DNA of 42,756 nucleotides from a virus: UHGV virus genome UHGV-0334807; one strand, 5' to 3'. Shown piece by piece: positions 37,019 to 42,756 of this stretch (position 1 is its first letter; each line of letters starts with the position of its first letter). The notes under the pieces were generated by a model. It saw only the letters and a program-made list of their open reading frames with translations, ran no database searches and was not told where the DNA came from. The position numbers and the translations under genes were made by a program.

Positions 37019-37881
37019 CACTTTCATCAACAACGCTTACCCAGCGGCAGTTGTTCAGAAACACGTTCTGACAGCCGGAAAGACGGCACCAAATTTTGCG
37101 CGTCGGCGCCAACACGGTGACAGAGGGAAAGACTTCACCGGCATATGGCACATGTGTCGAAGCGGTCTGGATGGAAGCGGAGCCTTAACGCGTTGTCTCC
37201 ATAGCAGGTAGCCGGAATGTGCAAGCCACAGCCAGGTATGAGCGATTGATTCACCATCAAGGCGATACGGTGTGACCACCAGGGAAGAGTCCTGGCTACA
37301 ACACGAGAGCGCACTTCATCGACTCAACTTTGAGCTTTGTCGTTAAATTTTGAAATGGCGGAGTGCGCTCCCGGTTGTGGTGAACAGGTGTTTAACGGGA
37401 ACTCCCTGCCCGTTACCCGGTTCGATTCCGGGCGCCCATCATCAATTTGCTGTGTTTAGTCTTTGCCCAGTCCGCACGATGGGCCATTTTTTCACACAGC
37501 CAGGTTTTATCGCTGTGCCTGAGTCCCCAACAGGAGAGGCCAAACCCGCAGCGTGACACCAGGGAAAGACCGGAGGAAGTACCACGCCTGACCAGCGTTG
37601 ACCATGAGCCTGACCAGCTCAAAACAGGAAAGACCAGCCCGGGCCTGACCAGCCCTGTACGGTCGTAATGGAAACATAACGACGCCGGAAACGTAACCGG
37701 CACCCTTTAGATAGCAAAAGACCCGCACAAGGCGGGCCAGTTACCCCGAACGGCGACCAAACCATTCGGATTTATCACAAGTGACCAAACTTGTGATGAG
37801 GAAAGACCAACGACACTGACGCTATGGAAGCTGATCAATATTCGCTGATCGGCTCTGAGTATACATTACCAAGGAGTCGCT

Positions 37882-38202
37882 ATGGAAGCGCGCACCATCC
37901 CAGTAACACTCTTTATTCATTATGCAACTTCAACTTTCAGCCACGAAAAGCTGCTTGTTGCGACTGTTGATATGTCAAAAAATTTTCCAGACAGGTACAT
38001 CCTTCTGGAAAGCCGCGAAATTGAAATTACCGTTAACCAGCCCGAGCCAATCGACATCATCGGTTTACAGGTCGAGCAACTGCGTGAACAAAAACAGAAA
38101 ACAGTCGCCGACGCCCAACAGCGTATTGCTGCTATCGATGACAAAATCCAGCAGTTACTTTGCATCGAATACACGCCAGATACCGATGAGCTCCCCTACT
38201 AA
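37882..38202 (+). CDS. hypothetical early protein
   Basis: 106 aa with AGGAG ribosome-binding site. Confidence 0.35.
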   Translation: MEARTIPVTLFIHYATSTFSHEKLLVATVDMSKNFPDRYILLESREIEITVNQPEPIDIIGLQVEQLREQKQKTVADAQQRIAAIDDKIQQLLCIEYTPDTDELPY

Positions 38203-38232
38203 AAACCACTGACCTGTAATGAGGAAAGACCA

Positions 38233-40449
38233 ATGACCATTTTTAACGGCTTGTTAGAAGCGAAAAAAGGCGCGCTCAAAAACGGCGCGATCCCGGCGCT
38301 GGCCATCGCCATCGCCGCCCCTAACAAAAAAGTTGCCGAGAACATCATCATCGGCAAATTGTGGGAAGCCTACCCTGACCACGGCGACAACTATTTCAAA
38401 CCTAAAATCTGGGAAGATGCCCCGGGCCAACCGCGCCCAGGCGTCGGTGAGTTTGATGAGACGTTTGCCACAGAACACAGTTTTGATGGCGAAAAATGGG
38501 TAGTTAACACTCCTGTTGATTCAGATTGCAGTTCAGCAGATATCTCACAGGTTAGCGACCTGATGAAACTGCCGGCTCGTGAACGATTCGCCGCCGTTCT
38601 GCTGTTCAGCCACGACGCCAACGAAGTCGACAGTGAATTGCTTGTGCAGACGCGTGAATACCTGGAGATGCTCGATAACAGTGATACTGACAGTGAGGAT
38701 GAGGTTGACGCGTTTAACCGCATCGTTCTTGATGCCATGGTGGCGTGTAAGCCCATCGAGTACATGCATATTGCTGGATTGAATAATCTGGTACATGCAA
38801 TTTTGGCAAGTTGCGATACCCAGGAACAAAACCCGACCAGTTGGACTATCTCCAAATTTATAAAAAAATGGGTAGAGAATCCCGGTAAACGAGATGAAAT
38901 GCTGCCGGAGGTAAAACCAGAAACAGCATCCGCACGTCCTTACAAACAGACTCACGCCACTCTGGATCGTGAAATTGCCTGCGCCCTGTTACCTGTTGCC
39001 CCGGAAAAAATCACCCCCAGCATCCTGAAAGCGGCAGACGAAATAATCAGTCAGGACAGGGAAGATTTTAAACGCTGGTCAATGGCCTTGCGCACAACGG
39101 ATCAGATCCTTGCCTATGACCGCGCATCAGTATTCGGTGTTATTCAGAGCGCCCCCGCAAAAGACACGTACCACTTCCCACAATCCCTGCGCAGTCACAT
39201 CGACAACTGGCTGCAAGCTAACGGGCAGCGTGATGCAAATGCTGTTGAAGAGAAGCCAAAGGAAGCAGCACCCAAGGATGATGTAAAAGTCACCAACCAC
39301 GGCGGCGGACGATTCTCAATTGATGGGATGATGTCAGAAACACCCTCAAATCAGGGCGAAAAAAGCGAAGCTGCAAATGCTGGAGAACGTAGTTTGCAGC
39401 AGTTGCGTGAGCAGTTTGTCACGCCTCGCCATGTGTATGACGTACCTGAAAATAACGCCGTATCACAGAGGGAACCTGCAGCTATTACCCTGGCAGAAGA
39501 GACTCCTCCACAAGAACAACTTAGCGAGCAGGTAAAGGATCTGGTGCAGAACGTTGACGCGCTGGTTGAGCGGATCCATGCCGAAGAGCACAAGCGGCAG
39601 AATGCAATCTCAGCTATCGAAACGGAGTTAAAGGACTCAGATGACACGGATAACCTGGCATTGTGGAAGAACGTATTCAAAACCGATGAGCGCTTCACCA
39701 GTGCTTTCTCTCAGAATGGCGGCGGCACATCCATCAACGGCACTTATATAGCGATGAAAGCGACTCGCGAATTTGGGCCATTTGGTATTGGCTGGGGGGT
39801 AGAGGTGCTGGAGGAGCGCTTTGATAAAGGCGCACCAATAGTTCGCAAAAAACAGGTTGGTGAAAAAATAGAATGGGATCTGATTCAAGACGGTGTTGGC
39901 GGGTACCTATGTGAAATGCACCACACCATGAAAGTGAGAGTCTGGTACATATTGAATGGGGTACGCGGTGAGTCCGAGGCTTACGGATGCACACCTTATA
40001 TCTACGACACTAAATACGGACCAACAAGCGACGGCGAAGCACCGAAGAAATCCTGGACGGATGCTGTTAAGAAAGCGCTATCCCCTCTCGGATTCAGCGC
40101 CGATATTTTCATGGGCCTGTACGACAATCCGGAATACCGCCAGAGGAATAAAGCTGAGTTTGATATCAAGAATGCCAGCGAGAATGCGGAAGATGCTACC
40201 CGTCTGCGTAAGGAACTGGATGAGAAGCTTATCAACGTTGCCAATACGCTGGCCGCCGCGGTAACCGCCAACGAAGTAAACAAGGTATTTGGCCTCATCG
40301 CCCGCGAAGTGGATGTACACAGGAAAGCAGCGGAAACCAAAGGCGATAAAGAATATTCATCGTATCTGGGATCACGTCTGCGCCGTATCACCGACATTAA
40401 AACTGAACGCCTCGCCGCCCTTACCGCTGCACAGGAGCAAACAGCATGA
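38233..40449 (+). CDS. large protein with C-terminal Rad52-like single-strand annealing domain; N-terminal about 480 aa unknown
   Basis: C-terminal region has REFGPFGIGWG and SWTDAVKKALSPLGFSADIFMGLYD, resembling Rad52/Sak-family motifs; N-terminal region acidic, no recognisable motifs. Confidence 0.5.
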   Translation: MTIFNGLLEAKKGALKNGAIPALAIAIAAPNKKVAENIIIGKLWEAYPDHGDNYFKPKIWEDAPGQPRPGVGEFDETFATEHSFDGEKWVVNTPVDSDCSSADISQVSDLMKLPARERFAAVLLFSHDANEVDSELLVQTREYLEMLDNSDTDSEDEVDAFNRIVLDAMVACKPIEYMHIAGLNNLVHAILASCDTQEQNPTSWTISKFIKKWVENPGKRDEMLPEVKPETASARPYKQTHATLDREIACALLPVAPEKITPSILKAADEIISQDREDFKRWSMALRTTDQILAYDRASVFGVIQSAPAKDTYHFPQSLRSHIDNWLQANGQRDANAVEEKPKEAAPKDDVKVTNHGGGRFSIDGMMSETPSNQGEKSEAANAGERSLQQLREQFVTPRHVYDVPENNAVSQREPAAITLAEETPPQEQLSEQVKDLVQNVDALVERIHAEEHKRQNAISAIETELKDSDDTDNLALWKNVFKTDERFTSAFSQNGGGTSINGTYIAMKATREFGPFGIGWGVEVLEERFDKGAPIVRKKQVGEKIEWDLIQDGVGGYLCEMHHTMKVRVWYILNGVRGESEAYGCTPYIYDTKYGPTSDGEAPKKSWTDAVKKALSPLGFSADIFMGLYDNPEYRQRNKAEFDIKNASENAEDATRLRKELDEKLINVANTLAAAVTANEVNKVFGLIAREVDVHRKAAETKGDKEYSSYLGSRLRRITDIKTERLAALTAAQEQTA

Positions 40450-41015
40450 GCACTGCTATCGCTATTGCAAAAGAATATGCCAGTCTGATTGACCTGTTAG
40501 AAACCGCCGATGAACTGACGCCAGAGATGATCGCCGACACGCTTGAAGGCATGGAAGGAGAACTGGGAGACAAACTGGACGCCATGATGGTCATCTGCCG
40601 TAATTTACAGGGCAATGCCAATACCTGCGCTGAAGAAATGTCTCGCCTGGCAACCCGTAAGACGTCCTTTGAAGGCAAGGAAAAAGCAATTCGAAAGCAT
40701 ATGCTCACCTGCCTGCAAGCTGCTGGCCTGGATAAACTGAAAACCGCAAAAAACACATTTACTGATGCACAGGGGGCTATCCGGGTAATTATCGATAGCA
40801 AAGATAAGATCCCGGATGAGTATGAGGGCGTGTCACTTGTTGATGTAGAAACGGTTATTACACCAAACAAGCGAGCCATTAAAGAAGTGATTGAATCTGC
40901 GGAGGCGGTTGCCGCCGAAATACTGGCGCGTGGAGAAACACCACCAGCCGAGTTATTAAACCCGGTACCAGGCGCACATCTGGAACGCGGCGAACGGTCA
41001 CTGAGGATACGCTAA
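40446..41015 (+). CDS. Gp157-like recombination-module protein
   Basis: 189 aa ending ...GERSLRIR with KIPDEYEG motif, matching the recalled siphovirus Gp157 pattern; overlaps the annealase stop by 4 bp. Confidence 0.45.
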   Translation: MSTAIAIAKEYASLIDLLETADELTPEMIADTLEGMEGELGDKLDAMMVICRNLQGNANTCAEEMSRLATRKTSFEGKEKAIRKHMLTCLQAAGLDKLKTAKNTFTDAQGAIRVIIDSKDKIPDEYEGVSLVDVETVITPNKRAIKEVIESAEAVAAEILARGETPPAELLNPVPGAHLERGERSLRIR

Positions 41016-41197
41016 TGCTTAAACTCACATTAAAGCGTGGTGACGCGGTTCACCTGGTACTTGCCGATGGTACCAATGGCATTATTGAAGCACGGAGCCG
41101 CTGCGAACTTGGGCTACACCTGCCAGAAAACATTAAGGTCACTCGGGAGAAATCGGCATTCACCCCACAAGAACTGATTACGCCTAATCAGAAATAA
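41015..41197 (+). CDS. small protein with CsrA-like sequence pattern (tentative)
   Basis: 60 aa; ungapped alignment with E. coli CsrA gives M1 L2 L4 T5 G9 G33 P37 V42 R44 E45 in register. Confidence 0.3.
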   Translation: MLKLTLKRGDAVHLVLADGTNGIIEARSRCELGLHLPENIKVTREKSAFTPQELITPNQK

Positions 41198-41406
41198 AAA
41201 CTCACCATCGCTAGCATTGCGATTCACCAGACACCGGAGGATCACAATGCTGCGATGGCAACCGGGAGCAACTCTGCTCTCCGCATTTGATATCAAAATT
41301 GGTCGACTGTCGGCCAGCGTCAGGAAACAGACTTTGACCGAGTCTGATATTGCCCGTGCCTGCCAGAAGGCAGATGACGCAATAAGCTACATAATGAGGA
41401 AAGACC

Positions 41407-41670
41407 ATGAAAAGCGATCACGACATAATCACCAGAGAAGAAATGGTCGAGCTGACGGGAAGCCCACTTAAATCAAAGCAATGTGAGGCTCTTCGCCGGG
41501 CTGGAATTTTCTTCATGGAAAGGGCTGACGGACACCCAAAAACAACCTGGGGCCATTTCATGAACCCAATAAAATTTCGCAATTTACAGGAGGTGACGAC
41601 GCGAAAAGATGATGAACCTGATTTTGGAGCAATATTTAATGGCCGGAAAGAGAAAGAACCCAGCAGATAA
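41407..41670 (+). CDS. xis: excisionase (lambda Xis-like)
   Basis: 87 aa immediately upstream of and overlapping int; shares the RR...IF...DG pattern of lambda Xis. Confidence 0.5.
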   Translation: MKSDHDIITREEMVELTGSPLKSKQCEALRRAGIFFMERADGHPKTTWGHFMNPIKFRNLQEVTTRKDDEPDFGAIFNGRKEKEPSR

Positions 41671-42655
41671 CTGGATGCCGCCTCGTGTTTACCAGGGCAA
41701 AGCGGCCTACGAATTCAGGAATAAAGATAACAAAGCGATACGCCTGTGCGCATTGGATGCACCACGATCAGCCGTATGGCTGGCATATGAAAAAGCGGTC
41801 GGTGACGAAAAAGAAAGAAATACTTTTCAGGCGCTCACGGAACAATTCATGACCTCCCCTGATTTTATGGATTTGGCAGTCGAAACCCGGAAAGACTACA
41901 CAAAATATTCCGGAAAAGTTCTGCCTGTCTTCGGGAAGATCGACCCGGATAAAATCAAACCTGAACATATTCGGCGCTATATGGATCAACGCGGTTTATC
42001 AAGCCGAACTCAGGCAAACAGGGAAAAAAGCTTTATGTCCCGGGTATTCCGTTGGGGTTATGAACGAGGTTATGTTCAGAGGAATCCTTGTCAGGGAGTT
42101 AAACAGTTTAAAGAGAAAGCTCGCGAACGTTATATTACGGATGAAGAATATCAGGCCGTTTATGAAGTGTCTCCTGATGTTGTTCGCGTAGCAATGGAGA
42201 TTGCCTACTTATGCGTGGCCAGACAGAGTGATGTACTTTCATTGCAGAAAGACCAGCTGTTCGATTCCGGGATCTACATTCGTCAGGGAAAAACCGGCGT
42301 TAAGCAAATCAAAGCCTGGTCGCCTCGTCTGCAGAAAGCGATAGCTCTGGCTCGTTCTCTGCCATTAAAAACGGGAATCAGTAGCCTGTTTGTGATTCAT
42401 CAAACTACCGGTGGCAAGTATACCCGTGATGGTTTTAACTCTCGTTGGCGTGATGTCAAAGCGGCAGCACAGGAAAAATATCCTCATCTGCAAATAGACT
42501 TCACATTTCATGATCTGAAAGCAAAAGGTATCTCTGATCTGGAAGGCAGCCTGGAAGAGAAGCAAGCAATTTCCGGGCATAAGAACCCGCGACAGACAGC
42601 AGCATATGACCGGAAAGTTAAAGTAGTGCCCGTAGTTGGTGGCCAGAGAAAATGA
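41609..42655 (+). CDS. int: tyrosine site-specific integrase
   Basis: 348 aa with catalytic C-terminal motifs (FHDLKAKG, GHKNPRQTAAYDR); last gene before the prophage end; start may be the internal MAGKRK. Confidence 0.85.
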   Translation: MMNLILEQYLMAGKRKNPADNWMPPRVYQGKAAYEFRNKDNKAIRLCALDAPRSAVWLAYEKAVGDEKERNTFQALTEQFMTSPDFMDLAVETRKDYTKYSGKVLPVFGKIDPDKIKPEHIRRYMDQRGLSSRTQANREKSFMSRVFRWGYERGYVQRNPCQGVKQFKEKARERYITDEEYQAVYEVSPDVVRVAMEIAYLCVARQSDVLSLQKDQLFDSGIYIRQGKTGVKQIKAWSPRLQKAIALARSLPLKTGISSLFVIHQTTGGKYTRDGFNSRWRDVKAAAQEKYPHLQIDFTFHDLKAKGISDLEGSLEEKQAISGHKNPRQTAAYDRKVKVVPVVGGQRK

Positions 42656-42721
42656 ATGATGATGCGTCCAGAGAAAAATCATCTTCGGACGCATCTTCGG
42701 AAATGAGAAAGAAGATACAAA

Positions 42722-42745
42722 AAAACCACCCGAAGGTGGTTTCAC
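42722..42745 (-). terminator. intrinsic terminator for a minus-strand gene lying beyond the window
   Basis: ACCACC-CGAA-GGTGGT hairpin with a T7 run on the minus strand. Confidence 0.45.
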
Positions 42746-42756
42746 GACACTGCTTA

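Noticed and set aside
37340-37445. Possible intact tRNA gene around the GGTTCGATTCC motif
   Set aside because: A T-arm and acceptor 3' strand are recognisable, but no complementary 5' acceptor strand or D and anticodon arms can be placed upstream; treated only as a tRNA-like fragment.
41217-41471. 84 aa ORF overlapping the start of the excisionase gene
   Set aside because: It overlaps xis by about 65 nt in another frame; a shorter version starting at about 41247 has a GGAGG ribosome-binding site and might be real, but support is weak.
42661-42745. Plus-strand terminator for the integrase gene
   Set aside because: The strong hairpin at 42722..42745 has its U-tract on the minus strand, so it terminates a leftward gene outside the window; the 42661..42695 hairpin has no U-tract.
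1-42756. CRISPR array or cas genes
   Set aside because: No repeat-spacer periodicity seen anywhere; the only notable repeats are the portal inverted repeats, the gene-end duplication, iterons and short leader repeats.

Overview
The window is almost entirely one lambdoid prophage (about 42 kb), with the integrase at the right end and a partial tRNA 3' end (probable att core) at the left end. All calls rest on reading the ORF-track proteins and the raw sequence by eye; no homology search was run, and coordinates of non-ORF features are approximate to a few bp. Right to left on the minus strand: Cro-like/YdaT-like early genes, replication (O-like initiator with iterons, DnaB helicase), a nin-like region, Q-like antiterminator, lysis genes, a lambda-like cos site, lambda-like terminase and head genes (gpA, gpW, gpB portal, gpC protease, gpD, gpE), then a P2-like contractile tail module (V-W-J-I-H, sheath, tube, E, tape measure, U, X, D). 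On the plus strand: a short CI-like repressor with no peptidase domain, a 1 kb leader, a recombination module (Rad52-like annealase domain fused in a 738 aa protein, then a Gp157-like protein), excisionase and tyrosine integrase. Two structural lesions stand out: the portal gene has an inverted central segment flanked by interleaved perfect inverted repeats, and the tail D gene appears frameshifted. The best candidates for an undescribed system are in an AT-rich accessory island at about 24.3-30.5 kb inside the nin region: an ImmA/IrrE-type HEXXH metallopeptidase coupled to a membrane-anchored protein, an orphan N-terminally anchored membrane protein, and a DUF1311-like lipoprotein, the last two in a 3.4 kb cassette bounded by a diverged 72 bp gene-end duplication. 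Separately, a near-consensus LexA box sits over the promoter of a small gene, which together with the non-cleavable repressor suggests SOS induction through an antirepressor.
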